A stretch of 64,000 nucleotides of DNA, taken from NCBI GenBank assembly GCA_017432825.1, contig JAFRIJ010000011.1, positions 172,279-236,278 of the forward strand. Direction: 5' to 3'. The position numbers were made by a program, and so were the translations under genes. Positions within the stretch are counted from its first letter, which is position 1. Every line of letters starts with the position of its first letter. The notes beneath the pieces were generated by a model. The model did not search any database, had not been told where the DNA came from, and saw only the letters and a list, made by a program, of their open reading frames with translations. This DNA is from Bacilli bacterium (lineage in GTDB: Bacteria > Bacillota_I > Bacilli_A > RF39 > UBA660). Of this stretch, positions 47,025 to 57,478 are shown piece after piece.

Positions 47025-47159
47025 GACATATTTTTGTATTATTTAATGATATTATTTTTTTACAATTTATTTATGTAAAATTATGTAAAATTATTTCTAT
47101 TTATTTACATAATATTTGATATTTGTTATTATAATTTTGTAGTATTGCAGTAAGAAAGG

Positions 47160-47339
47160 ATGAATGCAATGCTTAATAAAGCTACAAATAATGAAAAGAA
47201 AATAACAATGGTTTTAGTAGGAATAATTGGTATATTTTTTATTTATTTGATTATGGATAAAAGTATTATTGATATAGTATATCTTTTTGTTGGAATATAT
47301 TATTTTTTAAAATTTTTGTTTATTAAAAATAGGAGGTAG
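47160..47339 (+). CDS. Possible 59-aa small membrane protein upstream of tatD
   Basis: Manual translation gives MNAMLNKATNNEKKITMVLVGIIGIFFIYLIMDKSIIDIVYLFVGIYYFLKFLFIKNRR. RBS AAGGA present. Its last codons form the tatD RBS AGGAGG. Not in the ORF track because it is under 60 aa. Confidence 0.3.
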   Translation: MNAMLNKATNNEKKITMVLVGIIGIFFIYLIMDKSIIDIVYLFVGIYYFLKFLFIKNRR

Positions 47340-47344
47340 TATTT

Positions 47345-48103
47345 ATGGTTGATACTCATTGTCATATTTTTTCTTCTGATTATAATAATATCGATGATGT
47401 TATAAAAAGAGCTATTGATAATGGAGTAAGAATGATTATTGTTAATGGTTGTGATGCTAAGACTAATAATGAGGTTTTAGAATTAGTAAAGAAATATGAT
47501 ATTGTTTATGGTGCTTTAGGAATTCATCCTGAAGAAGTTGATAATTATAAGGATGAAGATATTGATTTTATAATTAAGCATATTGATGATGATAAAATTG
47601 TTGCAGTAGGAGAGATAGGGTTAGATTATCATTATGATTATGATAAGAAAAAACAAATTATGTTATTTAAGAGACAATTAGAAATAGCTAAGTCTTTTAA
47701 TAAACCTGTAATAATTCATAGTAGAGATTCTATTCAAGATACATATAATATTTTAAAAGAATATAATGTAAAGGGAATTATGCATTGTTTTAGTGGAAGT
47801 TTAGAAATGGCAAGTGAATTTATTAAATTAGGATTTTTATTGGGAATTGGAGGAATTGTTACTTTTAAAAATTCCAAGAAGATATTAGATGTGCTAAAAG
47901 AAATATCTATAGAATATATTGTATTGGAGACTGATTCTCCATATTTAGCACCTGAACCTAATAGGGGAAAGCAAAATGAGCCAGCTTATATTGGCTTAAT
48001 TGCTAAGAAAATTGCTGATATTAAAGGTATTACTTATGAAGAAGTAAATAGTATTACTACTTCTAATGTCAGTCGCTTATTTGACAAACAGTTAATGATA
48101 TGA
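47345..48103 (+). CDS. tatD: TatD-family metal-dependent DNase/hydrolase
   Basis: DTHCHI metal-binding start; conserved His and Asp residues; follows metG as in Bacillus (yabD). Confidence 0.9.
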   Translation: MVDTHCHIFSSDYNNIDDVIKRAIDNGVRMIIVNGCDAKTNNEVLELVKKYDIVYGALGIHPEEVDNYKDEDIDFIIKHIDDDKIVAVGEIGLDYHYDYDKKKQIMLFKRQLEIAKSFNKPVIIHSRDSIQDTYNILKEYNVKGIMHCFSGSLEMASEFIKLGFLLGIGGIVTFKNSKKILDVLKEISIEYIVLETDSPYLAPEPNRGKQNEPAYIGLIAKKIADIKGITYEEVNSITTSNVSRLFDKQLMI

Positions 48104-48146
48104 TAGAATTATATGTACCTAAGAAAAAATTTTAAGAGGTGATATA

Positions 48147-48839
48147 ATGAAAAAAATAGCATCTAATGTATTAATTGTTTCTACGCAATTGATTGTTGGT
48201 GGACTATTTTTGTTTATGTTATTTTCAGATGAAGAAGTTAGTCAAAATGTAATTGTTAGAAATAATAATTTGAATAGAATGGCTGATACTGTTTCTGAAT
48301 TATTTGTTGCAGATAAGTTAGAAAAAAAGATTGTTGATGAAAAAAAGGAAATAGAATTATTAAATGAGCAAGAAGCTCAAAAGAAAAGAGAAGAGGAAGC
48401 TTTACAAAAAGCTAAAGAAGAAGCGGAAAGAAAAGCTAAAGAGGAAGAAGAAAGAAAAGCTAAGGAAGAAGCTGAACGTAAGGCTCAAGAAGAGGAAGCA
48501 GCTAGAAGAGCAAGGGCATCTGCTAGTCAAAGTGTTGCTGATTTGCAAGATTATGCTCATGATTTAGTTATAAATACATATGGTTGGTCTGAGGGCGATT
48601 TTACAGCGCTTGTTAATTTGTGGAATAGAGAATCTGAATGGAATGTTAATTGTTATAATTCTTATTCTGGCGCTTATGGTATTCCTCAATCTTTACCTGG
48701 TAATAAGATGGCTTCTGAGGGCGATGATTGGGAAACTAATGGTCAAACTCAAATTAGATGGGGACTTAAATATATTCAAGGAAGATATGGTTCTCCATCA
48801 GGTGCATGGGCTCATTTCTTAGAAAGAAATTGGTATTAA
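48147..48839 (+). CDS. Secreted or membrane-anchored protein with an E/K-rich coiled coil and a C-terminal lytic-transglycosylase-like (IsaA/SceD-type) domain
   Basis: N-terminal TM or signal. Coiled coil with repeats EEALQKAKEEAERKAKEEEERKAKEEAERKAQEEE. C-terminal WNRESEWNVNCYNSYSGAYGIPQSLPGNKMAS resembles the SLT-like domain of staphylococcal IsaA/SceD. Confidence 0.65.
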   Translation: MKKIASNVLIVSTQLIVGGLFLFMLFSDEEVSQNVIVRNNNLNRMADTVSELFVADKLEKKIVDEKKEIELLNEQEAQKKREEEALQKAKEEAERKAKEEEERKAKEEAERKAQEEEAARRARASASQSVADLQDYAHDLVINTYGWSEGDFTALVNLWNRESEWNVNCYNSYSGAYGIPQSLPGNKMASEGDDWETNGQTQIRWGLKYIQGRYGSPSGAWAHFLERNWY

Positions 48840-48841
48840 AA

Positions 48842-48869
48842 ATAGAAAGTATTCTTTCTATTTTTTTTG
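48842..48869 (+). terminator. Terminator (ATAGAAAG/CTTTCTAT plus T8)
   Basis: 8-bp perfect stem, 4-nt loop, TTTTTTTT. Confidence 0.5.
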
Positions 48870-48898
48870 TTATTTGATATAATTATTTTGGTGGTTAT

Positions 48899-49708
48899 AT
48901 GGAAAACAGTTTTCATTTTAAAAAATCATTTGGTCAAAATTTTTTAAAAGATCATAATGTTATAGATAATATTATTAAAAGTGCTGATATTGATAAAGAT
49001 ACTTTGGTTATTGAAATTGGTCCTGGAGGCGGGGCTTTAACAAAAGAGCTTGTTCCATTATGTGGTAGGGCATTATTATATGAAATTGATGATAGATTAG
49101 AAGAAAATTTAAGAAATTTATTAAAGGAATATGATAACTTTGATTTAAAAATATGTAATTTTTTAGATACCGATATATCTAAAGATTTATGTGAATATAA
49201 ATATCCTAAATTATATTTAGTTGCTAATTTACCCTATTATATAACTACTCCTATTATTACTAAATTTATTGATGATAACGTTTTACCAGATAAAATAGTT
49301 ATTATGATTCAAAAAGAAGTTGCATCTAGATTTTCTGCAAAAATAAATACTAAGGATTACGGATCTTTAACAGTGTTTTTAAATTATTACTACGATGTTG
49401 TTAAGTTATTTGATGTAAGTAGAAATTGTTTTGTTCCTAGACCTAATGTTGATAGTGCAGTAGTAGAAATGAAATTAAAATCCAAAAGAAAAAATGTTAA
49501 AGATATTGATTTATTTAAAAAGGTTGTTAAAGATAGTTTTAGATATAAGAGAAAGAATATTAAAAATAATTTAAAAGATTATGATTTAAATATTATAGAG
49601 AGAGTTCTTGGTAAATATGACTTTGATTTGAATTGTAGAGCAGAGAATCTTTCTTTAGATGTATTTATTGATATAGTTAATGAAATGAAAACTTATTCTA
49701 ATGAATAA
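48899..49708 (+). CDS. rsmA: 16S rRNA (adenine1518/1519-N6)-dimethyltransferase RsmA/KsgA
   Basis: Sequence KSFGQNFL...EIGPGGGALT (SAM motif); NLPY motif. Confidence 0.9.
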   Translation: MENSFHFKKSFGQNFLKDHNVIDNIIKSADIDKDTLVIEIGPGGGALTKELVPLCGRALLYEIDDRLEENLRNLLKEYDNFDLKICNFLDTDISKDLCEYKYPKLYLVANLPYYITTPIITKFIDDNVLPDKIVIMIQKEVASRFSAKINTKDYGSLTVFLNYYYDVVKLFDVSRNCFVPRPNVDSAVVEMKLKSKRKNVKDIDLFKKVVKDSFRYKRKNIKNNLKDYDLNIIERVLGKYDFDLNCRAENLSLDVFIDIVNEMKTYSNE

Positions 49709-49750
49709 GTTTTTGTTCTATTCTATTTTGTATTTCATAAATTTTTATAG

Positions 49751-50524
49751 GTGATATTATTGATAAATATTGGTGATTATGTTACTAGGAAATCTTATAA
49801 TAATGATATAGTTTTTAAAGTTGTTGATATAAAGGATGATATTTATTATTTGTATGGTGTTTGTGTAAGATTATCTGCTGATAGTCCTTTATCTGATTTA
49901 GTTAAATATAATGATATTATTAATGATGATTTTAATGTAAAAATAGATGAGTATGTTAATTTAGATAGAAATGATTTTTTTTATATTCCTGGTACTGTTT
50001 TACATATTGATGGTGATAAAAATTTTTTAGGTAAGAGTATGAATTTTTATAAGAGTAATAAAATTAAGGCATATGGTGTGTATTCTCCTGAAGATGAATT
50101 AGAGGATAATGTTTATAAATATTTGGAAAAATATAATCCGGATATTCTTGTTATTACTGGTCATGATGCTTTATTTCGTAAGGAAAGAGCAAATGGTAAG
50201 TACAAGAATACTAATAATTTTGTAAAAGCTGTTAGGGTAGCAAGAAAATATGAAAAATCTCAAGATAAATTAATTATTATAGCAGGAGCTTGTCAATCTA
50301 ATTATGAAGAATTAATTAAAGCTGGAGCAAATTTTGCTTCTAGTCCTAAACGTATTAATATACATGCATTAGATCCTGCTGTTATTGCTACTTCATTATC
50401 TTTTTCTGACAAAAATAAAAATATTGATTTAATTAATATTTTAGAAAAAACTAAATATGGTTCTGATGGTATAGGTGGTATTATTACTAATGGAACTATG
50501 TACGTTGGATATCCTAGAAAATAG
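49751..50524 (+). CDS. yabG: Sporulation-specific protease YabG
   Basis: About 257 aa, in the conserved ksgA-yabG-veg position; matches the YabG peptidase (U57) family by recalled pattern (ILVITGHDA...). Start may be GTG at 49751 or TTG at 49760. Confidence 0.7.
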   Translation: MILLINIGDYVTRKSYNNDIVFKVVDIKDDIYYLYGVCVRLSADSPLSDLVKYNDIINDDFNVKIDEYVNLDRNDFFYIPGTVLHIDGDKNFLGKSMNFYKSNKIKAYGVYSPEDELEDNVYKYLEKYNPDILVITGHDALFRKERANGKYKNTNNFVKAVRVARKYEKSQDKLIIIAGACQSNYEELIKAGANFASSPKRINIHALDPAVIATSLSFSDKNKNIDLINILEKTKYGSDGIGGIITNGTMYVGYPRK

Positions 50525-50525
50525 T

Positions 50526-50747
50526 ATGTCAATTGAAAAGATAAGAAATACTGTTGTTGATAATATAGGTAATGATGTAAAAATTATTTATAATGAGGGT
50601 AGAAATAAAATATATGTTTATAGGGGAAAAGTAGTTGAGGTTTATAATAATATTTTTATTATTTTTGATGTAAAATATGATTGTAAGAGAAGTTTTAGTT
50701 ATTATGATATTCTTACTAATACGGTAAAAATGTCTTTTATGTTATAA
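50526..50747 (+). CDS. veg: Veg (biofilm/sporulation-associated small protein)
   Basis: Sequence MSIEKIRNTVVDNIGNDVKIIYNEGRNKIYVYRGKVVEVYNNIFII...SFSYYDILTNTVKMSF matches the Veg family. The ORF-track start at 50475 overlaps yabG and is unlikely. Confidence 0.85.
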   Translation: MSIEKIRNTVVDNIGNDVKIIYNEGRNKIYVYRGKVVEVYNNIFIIFDVKYDCKRSFSYYDILTNTVKMSFML

Positions 50748-50781
50748 AAATAAGGAAATTATAGTAAATATATTGACTTTT

Positions 50782-50811
50782 TTTGTTAAAATATATAAAA
50801 TGTATTTAGAA
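50782..50811 (+). promoter_or_regulatory. Candidate sigma-A promoter upstream of spoVG (TTGACT, 17-nt spacer, TAAAAT)
   Basis: TTGACT at 50783-50788 and TAAAAT 17 nt downstream. An AGGAAAT element upstream may be a sigma-H-type -35. Confidence 0.35.
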
Positions 50812-50845
50812 AATTAATTTTTCTAGAAGGAGAGTTGATACAGAC

Positions 50846-51103
50846 ATGAAGATTACTTCAGTTAATGTACACAAAATTGAAAAAGAAAATTCTCGTATGA
50901 AAGGAATCGCAGTTGTTACTCTTGATGATTGTTTTGTTGTTAAGGGTATTAGAATTATAGATGGCGATAATGGGTTATTTATTGCTATGCCTAGTAAGAC
51001 TACTGCTACCGGAGAACATAGTGATATAGCTCATCCAATTAATAAAGAAACACGTCAAATGTTTGAAGAAGCTATTATTAATGCTTATAATGAAGCAGAA
51101 TAA
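50846..51103 (+). CDS. spoVG: Septation protein SpoVG
   Basis: Sequence MKITSVNVHKIEKENSRMKGIAVVTLDDCFVVKGIRIIDGDNGLFIAMPSKTTATGEHSDIAHPINKETR is a near-canonical SpoVG. Confidence 0.95.
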   Translation: MKITSVNVHKIEKENSRMKGIAVVTLDDCFVVKGIRIIDGDNGLFIAMPSKTTATGEHSDIAHPINKETRQMFEEAIINAYNEAE

Positions 51104-51129
51104 AAGAACTATTTAGTTCTTTTTTTTAT
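51103..51129 (+). terminator. Terminator after spoVG (AGAACTA/TAGTTCT plus T8)
   Basis: 7-bp stem followed by TTTTTTTT. Confidence 0.55.
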
Positions 51130-51160
51130 AGTTGTTCATATTATTTATTGGGAGGATATT

Positions 51161-51454
51161 ATGGACAAGGTAAAGGAATTAGAAAGTAATTTTAATCATG
51201 GTATTTCTATAGCAGAAAGGAAAAATATTATTGTTACTGGTGTAAAGAAGATAGAGAGTTTTGATAGTGATGAATTTTTAATGGATACTACGTTAGGTTA
51301 TTTATCTATTAAGGGTAGTGAATTAGAAATAGTTAAATTAGATACGTATCAAGGAAATGTATCTATAAAAGGTCTAGTTGATAGTGTAAATTATTTGGAT
51401 GACTTTTCTAAGAAAAATAAGGATAATTCTTTTATTGGTAAATTATTTAAATAA
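51161..51454 (+). CDS. yabP: Sporulation protein YabP
   Basis: 97 aa; YabP-like beta-rich pattern (IVTGVKKIESFDSDEFLMDTTLGYLSIKGSELEIVKLD); conserved yabP-yabQ-divIC order. Confidence 0.8.
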   Translation: MDKVKELESNFNHGISIAERKNIIVTGVKKIESFDSDEFLMDTTLGYLSIKGSELEIVKLDTYQGNVSIKGLVDSVNYLDDFSKKNKDNSFIGKLFK

Positions 51455-51726
51455 TGATATTAAAGATACAAATTTATTCTTTTATAGTTTCTTTTATTTA
51501 TGGAATTATTTTTTATTTACTATTAGAAATTAATTCTAAATTTATATATTCTTCTTATTTGTTTATTAAAATAATATATTCTTTTCTTTTTATTATTTTT
51601 AATTGTTTGTTTTATTTTATTATTTTAATGTATATTAATAATGGGTATATACATATTTATTTTTTTATTTGTATATTATTAGGATATTTATTGTGTAAAG
51701 TTGTATATAAACGAATTGTAAAATAA
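51454..51726 (+). CDS. yabQ: Spore cortex biosynthesis membrane protein YabQ
   Basis: 90 aa polytopic membrane protein overlapping the yabP stop; assignment by position. Confidence 0.5.
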   Translation: MILKIQIYSFIVSFIYGIIFYLLLEINSKFIYSSYLFIKIIYSFLFIIFNCLFYFIILMYINNGYIHIYFFICILLGYLLCKVVYKRIVK

Positions 51727-51769
51727 ATTATATAATGATATAATTATTTAATAATAAAGAGGTGATAAA

Positions 51770-52075
51770 ATGGTTAGAAAAAAAAGAAAATATACAGTTA
51801 AAACTAAGAGTAGAACTTTTATTATTTCTTTATTGTTTTCAATTATTATTATTACTTTAATTTATACTTTGTTTAATGATTTACAAAAAATTACGATTTT
51901 AAATGTTGAGAAGCGAGAATTATTAGAAAAATGTGATAAATTAAAAGATGAACAGGCTTCTTTAGAATCTGATATTGATAGGTTGTCTGATGATGTATAT
52001 GTTGCTAGATATGCAAGAGAGAAGTATTTTTATTCTAAAGAGGGAGAATTAATATTAAAAATTGATGAAAAATAA
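51770..52075 (+). CDS. divIC: Septum formation initiator DivIC/FtsB family
   Basis: N-terminal TM plus coiled coil (LLEKCDKLKDEQASLESDIDRLSDD) and YVARYAREKYFY motif. Confidence 0.75.
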   Translation: MVRKKRKYTVKTKSRTFIISLLFSIIIITLIYTLFNDLQKITILNVEKRELLEKCDKLKDEQASLESDIDRLSDDVYVARYAREKYFYSKEGELILKIDEK

Positions 52076-52084
52076 AAAGAAGAG

Positions 52085-53968
52085 TTATTTCTCTTCTTTT
52101 TCTTCTTCTTTTTCTTTAGGAAGATGTCCTGTCTTTACTAATGAATCTATTTGTTCTTTAGTAATTGTTTCTTCTTCTAATAGTGTTTTTGCGATAAGGT
52201 CTAATAATTTTTTATTATCTTTAATTATTTTTTTTGTTTTTGTATAGCAATCATTTATTATGCTTCTCATTTCTTCATCTATTTCATGAGCAACTATATC
52301 TGAAACGTTTCTGTTTTTTGTATAATCTCTTCCTAAAAATGTATTTTCTGATGGTTCTTCTAACATCATTGGTCCTAATTTACTCATACCATATTCTGTT
52401 ACCATACTTCTTGCTATTTTTGTTGCTTTTTTGAAGTCATCATGAGCACCTGTTGTTATTTCATTAAATTCTACTTCTTCAGCAACACGTCCACCTAATA
52501 ATCCACATATTGATTCTAATAATTCATCTTTTGTATAATTGAATGTTTCTTCTTTTGGTGTCATCATTGTATATCCACCGGCTTGACCTCTTGGGATTAT
52601 TGTTATTTTTTGAACGTCGTTTGCTCCTTCTAGTTTTAAGCCTACTACTGCGTGACCTGCTTCGTGGTACGCTACTAGTTTTTTCTCTTTATCTGTGTAT
52701 TTTTTTGTAACTTTTGCTGGCCCCATAATTACTCTATCTGTTGCTTCATCTATTTCACTCATTGTTATTGCTTTTTTATTTCTTCTTACTGTTAATAATG
52801 CGGCTTCGTTTAATAAATTTTCTAGATCTGCACCACTAAATCCAGGTGTTCTTTTAGCTAGGTTTTCTAATGTTATATTTTCATCAAATTTTTTGTTTTT
52901 AGCATGTACTTTTAATATTTCTAGTCTTGCATTTTTATCTGGCATACCTACTGTAACTTGTCTATCAAATCTTCCTGGTCTTAGTAAGGCAGGATCTAAT
53001 ACGTCAGGTCTGTTGGTTGCTGCTATTACAATTATTCCTTCGTTTGGACCAAACCCATCCATTTCAGTTAGTAATTGATTTAGTGTTTGCTCTCTTTCAT
53101 CGTGACCACCACCTAAACCTGTTCCTCTTTGTCTACCTACGGCATCAATTTCATCTATAAATATTAAACATGGTGCATTTAGTTTTGCTTGTTTAAACAT
53201 ATCTCTTACACGAGATGCTCCAATTCCGACAAATAATTCTACAAAGTCTGAACCACTTATATAATAAAATGGTACTTTTGCTTCTCCTGCTACTGCTCTT
53301 GCTAATAATGTTTTACCTGTTCCAGGAGGACCTACTAAAAGTATTCCTTTTGGTATTCTAGCTCCCATAGCTTGAAATTTTTTTGGATTTTTTAAGAAAT
53401 CAATTAATTCTTTGACCTCTTCTTTTTCTTCTGTTAATCCAGCTACATCTTTAAAGTTTGTTTTAGTTCCTTCTTCTAATAATCTTGCTCTTGATTTTCC
53501 AAAATCCATTGATTTATTGTTTCCACCAATTTGTCTTGTAAATAACCAGAATAGTGCAATACTCAATATTGCTAGTGGAACTATATCTACTAATAAGGCT
53601 AACCATTCTGATGCCTCAGGATCTTTCTCAACTGTTAATTTAATTTCTTGGTTATCTTCGGCTGCTGTGATTTTTGATAAGAATTCATCTGACATTGGTA
53701 GATAAAGTATAAACGATTCATTATCTTTATATTCTTTTAATTTACCTGTTATTTCGTATGTATTAGTTCTTGTTTTTGGTATGATTTTAATTTCTGTAAT
53801 TTTCTGGTTGCTTAAATTCTCAGTAAATTCATCATAGGTTAGTTCATTTACTTTTTTATTATAAGTATTAAATACTAATAAACATATTATTATAAATGTT
53901 AATAAAAATACGTAAGGTAATAGTCCTTTTTTCACTGTTTTATTATTCATTATTTTCCTCCTTTTCAC
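52085..53968 (-). CDS. ftsH: ATP-dependent zinc metalloprotease FtsH
   Basis: Walker [19 protein letters not shown]; SRH; zinc motif HEAGHA; two N-terminal TMs. 627 aa. Confidence 0.95.
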   Translation of the reverse strand: MKRRKIMNNKTVKKGLLPYVFLLTFIIICLLVFNTYNKKVNELTYDEFTENLSNQKITEIKIIPKTRTNTYEITGKLKEYKDNESFILYLPMSDEFLSKITAAEDNQEIKLTVEKDPEASEWLALLVDIVPLAILSIALFWLFTRQIGGNNKSMDFGKSRARLLEEGTKTNFKDVAGLTEEKEEVKELIDFLKNPKKFQAMGARIPKGILLVGPPGTGKTLLARAVAGEAKVPFYYISGSDFVELFVGIGASRVRDMFKQAKLNAPCLIFIDEIDAVGRQRGTGLGGGHDEREQTLNQLLTEMDGFGPNEGIIVIAATNRPDVLDPALLRPGRFDRQVTVGMPDKNARLEILKVHAKNKKFDENITLENLAKRTPGFSGADLENLLNEAALLTVRRNKKAITMSEIDEATDRVIMGPAKVTKKYTDKEKKLVAYHEAGHAVVGLKLEGANDVQKITIIPRGQAGGYTMMTPKEETFNYTKDELLESICGLLGGRVAEEVEFNEITTGAHDDFKKATKIARSMVTEYGMSKLGPMMLEEPSENTFLGRDYTKNRNVSDIVAHEIDEEMRSIINDCYTKTKKIIKDNKKLLDLIAKTLLEEETITKEQIDSLVKTGHLPKEKEEEKEEK

Positions 53969-55274
53969 AGTACTTAAGTATTATATCACATAATTCATTT
54001 TTTTTAGTATTAAATTTAGATTTTTTTATATTTGGTATCCATAGTATATTATTATCGCTATCTTTTAAAATTGGATAATTATCTCTTTTGTTTTTGGGAA
54101 TTTTATTATTGATAAAAATATCTTTAATTTTTTGTTTGCCATTTAATCCTAATACTTCGATATAATCTCCATCTTCTCTATTTGTAATATATAGTGGTAA
54201 TGATATTTTTTTAGAATTTAATCTACATATATTATTACCGTTTTCTTCTGTATTATCTATTTTCTTTATTATATATTCATTTGTTTCTATAATATTATTA
54301 AATTCAATTTTGTATTTGTTTTTATTACATACATTTGTTTTAAAATATAATTTGTTATATTCTTTTATACATATAATATTTTTAGGTAAGTTAATAAATA
54401 TATTCGGTTTGGTACTATTAATTATATTTATAATATCAATAATATTTTTTTCTTTTATTATGTCTGTTTCGTTGTTATATATTTTAGTCAATAATTTGTA
54501 TATTACATTTTTAATTAAAAAATTATCTAATTTTTTAATTTTATCTATATCTAAATTATTATTTTTATAGTTTCTTTTAATTATTTTTTCTGTTTCTTTA
54601 TTTATATAGTTATTATATTCTTGTAGTGTGTTAGAATACTTTAAAAACATTTTATGTATATCTGTATTTTCTTCTTTTAATAATGGTAAAATGTTTTTTC
54701 TAATTCTATTTCTTGTATATTCTATATTATTATTTGTTGTATCAATATAGTATTTTATATTGTTTTGTTTATTATAATTTATTAAATCTTCTTTGGTATA
54801 TTTTAATAATGGCCTTATGATGTAATAATTATCTGGATGTGATATTTCTTTTATTCCAGCATATCCTTCTAAATTTGATCCTCTTATTATTTTCATTAAG
54901 ATTGTTTCTATTAAATCATCTCCATGATGTGCTAAAAAAAGATATTTTGAATTATATTTTCTTAATATTTTTTTATAAAATGCATATCTTTTTTTTCTTG
55001 CTTCGTTTTCAAAGTTATTTTCTTTATACTTTTCTATTAACATACTTTCAAATATAATATTATTGTTATTGCAATATTCTTTTAGATATAATTCTTCTTC
55101 TTTACTTTCTTTTCTTACGTTATGATTAATATGGGCACATACTATATTATTTGTTGTATTGTTTTTTAAATAATGTAATAGTGCCATTGAATCTGGTCCT
55201 GCAGAACAACCTACTATTAGGTAATCTTTAGGTTTAATGTCTAATTTTAAATCATTTAAAATATTCTTTAACAT
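53943..55274 (-). CDS. tilS: tRNA(Ile)-lysidine synthetase TilS
   Basis: PP-loop VGCSAGPDSMALL; 443 aa; overlaps the ftsH start by 26 nt. Confidence 0.9.
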   Translation of the reverse strand: MLKNILNDLKLDIKPKDYLIVGCSAGPDSMALLHYLKNNTTNNIVCAHINHNVRKESKEEELYLKEYCNNNNIIFESMLIEKYKENNFENEARKKRYAFYKKILRKYNSKYLFLAHHGDDLIETILMKIIRGSNLEGYAGIKEISHPDNYYIIRPLLKYTKEDLINYNKQNNIKYYIDTTNNNIEYTRNRIRKNILPLLKEENTDIHKMFLKYSNTLQEYNNYINKETEKIIKRNYKNNNLDIDKIKKLDNFLIKNVIYKLLTKIYNNETDIIKEKNIIDIINIINSTKPNIFINLPKNIICIKEYNKLYFKTNVCNKNKYKIEFNNIIETNEYIIKKIDNTEENGNNICRLNSKKISLPLYITNREDGDYIEVLGLNGKQKIKDIFINNKIPKNKRDNYPILKDSDNNILWIPNIKKSKFNTKKNELCDIILKYCEKEENNE

Positions 55275-55408
55275 AGTAATGCCTCCTTTTTGGATAATAT
55301 TATAACAAAATATTTATTTAATAGCAAAACAAATATTTATTTCTTTTTACTTTATTTTTCCTTTAAAATTTGATACAATGTATCTTGTAGGAGATAAAGG
55401 TGAGTTTG

Positions 55409-56224
55409 ATGGGAAAAATAATTGCAATAGTAAACCAAAAAGGTGGAGTAGGTAAAACTACCACTAGTATTAATTTAGCAGCATCTTTGGGTATTTTAAA
55501 GAAGAAAGTATTACTAGTTGATTTAGATCCTCAAGGAAATGCTACTACAGGTATTGGTATTGATAAGGGAAGTTTAAATAGTAGTGTTTATGAAGTTATG
55601 ATTATGAAAACTAGTATTGAAGATGCAATTATTAAGACCAAAAGTAAAAATGTTAGTATTTTACCAGCTTATTTAAATTTAGCTGGTGTGGATATGGAAT
55701 TAATTGAATTAGAAAAGCAATATCATGCTGAAGGTAAGAGATTAAATAGGGTTTTAAGACTTAAAGAGGAGTTATCTAAGGTAAAAGATAGGTATGATTT
55801 TATTTTAATTGATTGTCCTCCTTCTTTGGGAATTTTAACTACAAATGCATTAGGTGCTAGTGATAGTGTACTTATACCTGTTCAATGTGAATATTTTGCA
55901 TTAGAGGGAATAATGCAATTAATTAATACAATTATGTTGGCTCAAAAGAAAGTTAATCCTAATTTGGAAATTGAAGGAGTTTTACTTACTATGCTTACTA
56001 CTAATACAAATTTGGGTTTAGAAGTTGTTGAAAGTATAAAAGGATTTTTTAAAGAAAGAGTTTATGATACTATAATTCCTAGACTTATTAGATTGGCGGA
56101 GGCACCATCTCATGGTAAACCTATATTAGAGTATGAACCTAGAAGTAGAGGGACTTTGGCATATTTAAATTTAGCTAAGGAGGTAATAGAAAAGAATGGA
56201 ACAAAAAAAGAAAGCATTGGGTAA
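55409..56224 (+). CDS. soj: ParA-family chromosome partitioning ATPase Soj
   Basis: Sequence [19 protein letters not shown] with the deviant Walker A; 272 aa. RBS GGAG precedes it. Confidence 0.9.
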   Translation: MGKIIAIVNQKGGVGKTTTSINLAASLGILKKKVLLVDLDPQGNATTGIGIDKGSLNSSVYEVMIMKTSIEDAIIKTKSKNVSILPAYLNLAGVDMELIELEKQYHAEGKRLNRVLRLKEELSKVKDRYDFILIDCPPSLGILTTNALGASDSVLIPVQCEYFALEGIMQLINTIMLAQKKVNPNLEIEGVLLTMLTTNTNLGLEVVESIKGFFKERVYDTIIPRLIRLAEAPSHGKPILEYEPRSRGTLAYLNLAKEVIEKNGTKKESIG

Positions 56225-57077
56225 GGGGTTAGAACAATTATTTAGTAGTGAGGTTTTGGATTTTGATTCTTTTGAAGATAGAATAATGGAGAATGCTAAG
56301 GAATCTGATATTTTTGAAATTCCTGTTAATGAAGTTAGGCCTAATCCTTTTCAGCCTAGAAAAAAATTTGATAATGAGTCTTTAGAAGAATTAGCTACTT
56401 CAATTAAAAATTATGGTGTGTTTCAACCAATAATTGTTAAGAAAAGTATTAAAGGATATGATTTGGTAGCGGGAGAAAGAAGACTAAGGGCATCTAAAAT
56501 GGCTGGATTATCAAATATTCCTGCTATAATTAAAGATTTTAACGATGAAGAAATGAGAGAAATTGCATTGTTAGAAAATCTTCAAAGAGAGGATTTGTCT
56601 GCAGTTGAGTTAGCGTGGGCTTATAAGGGTATTATTGATAGTTTGCATATCACGCAAGATGACCTTGCTTCTAGATTGGGAAAAAGCAGGAGTAGCGTTA
56701 CAAATATTTTAGGTTTATTAAGACTTCCTTCAGAAGTTCAGAATATGGTTATTGATAATAAAATTTCTATGGGACATGCTAGAGTTTTGTCTAAAATAGA
56801 AGATGTTAATAAAATAAAAGAATTATCTAAGAAGGTTATTAATGATAATTTGAGTGTTAGGGATTTAGAGGATTTGTCTAATTCTTCAGAAATAAAGAAA
56901 AAAGTTCCTATTAAAAGAACTGTTAAAAATAATTCTGATTATTTATATATTGAGAATAGAATGAAAGAGATATTAGGAACAAAAGTTAAGATTGATAGTA
57001 AGAAGATAGAAATTCATTATAGTTCTTCTGACGATTTAACTAGAATCTTAGATATGTTAAATATAAAAGTTGATTAA
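56196..57077 (+). CDS. spo0J: ParB-family chromosome partitioning protein Spo0J
   Basis: ParB box with canonical [15 protein letters not shown] (GERRxRA) and an HTH; translationally coupled to soj with a 29-nt overlap. Confidence 0.9.
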   Translation: MEQKKKALGKGLEQLFSSEVLDFDSFEDRIMENAKESDIFEIPVNEVRPNPFQPRKKFDNESLEELATSIKNYGVFQPIIVKKSIKGYDLVAGERRLRASKMAGLSNIPAIIKDFNDEEMREIALLENLQREDLSAVELAWAYKGIIDSLHITQDDLASRLGKSRSSVTNILGLLRLPSEVQNMVIDNKISMGHARVLSKIEDVNKIKELSKKVINDNLSVRDLEDLSNSSEIKKKVPIKRTVKNNSDYLYIENRMKEILGTKVKIDSKKIEIHYSSSDDLTRILDMLNIKVD

Positions 57078-57185
57078 TTAATCAGCTTTTTTTGTCGCTT
57101 TTTAGGGATTTGTATTTATTGATTTTAATATAATAGATATATTAAAATAATATTGTAAGTAATTACTAGAATGCGAGGTTAAAAT

Positions 57186-57410
57186 ATGAAAGGTAAAGTA
57201 AAGTGGTTTAATAATGAAAAAGGGTATGGTTTTATTGATCATGATTCTGGAGAGGATATATTCGTTCATTATAGTCAAATAAAAAAAGATGGATATAAAA
57301 CTTTATCTGAAGGTGAATTAGTTACTTTTGATCTTATTGATACTGCTAAGGGATTGCAGGCTATAAATGTTGAATCAATGGCTACTATTGGTATGGAAAT
57401 AAAGTCATAA
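57186..57410 (+). CDS. csp: Cold-shock protein (CspA family)
   Basis: Sequence [32 protein letters not shown] carries the RNP1/RNP2 motifs. Confidence 0.9.
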   Translation: MKGKVKWFNNEKGYGFIDHDSGEDIFVHYSQIKKDGYKTLSEGELVTFDLIDTAKGLQAINVESMATIGMEIKS

Positions 57411-57478
57411 TAATTGACTTTATTTTTTTATATGTTTTATGTTATAATTATAATTAGTTTATGGAAGAAGGGATAATT

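Noticed and set aside
57411-57478. T-box leader upstream of serS
   Set aside because: The intergenic region is only about 60 nt, far too short for a T-box riboswitch (about 250 nt). No specifier or T-box sequence is visible.
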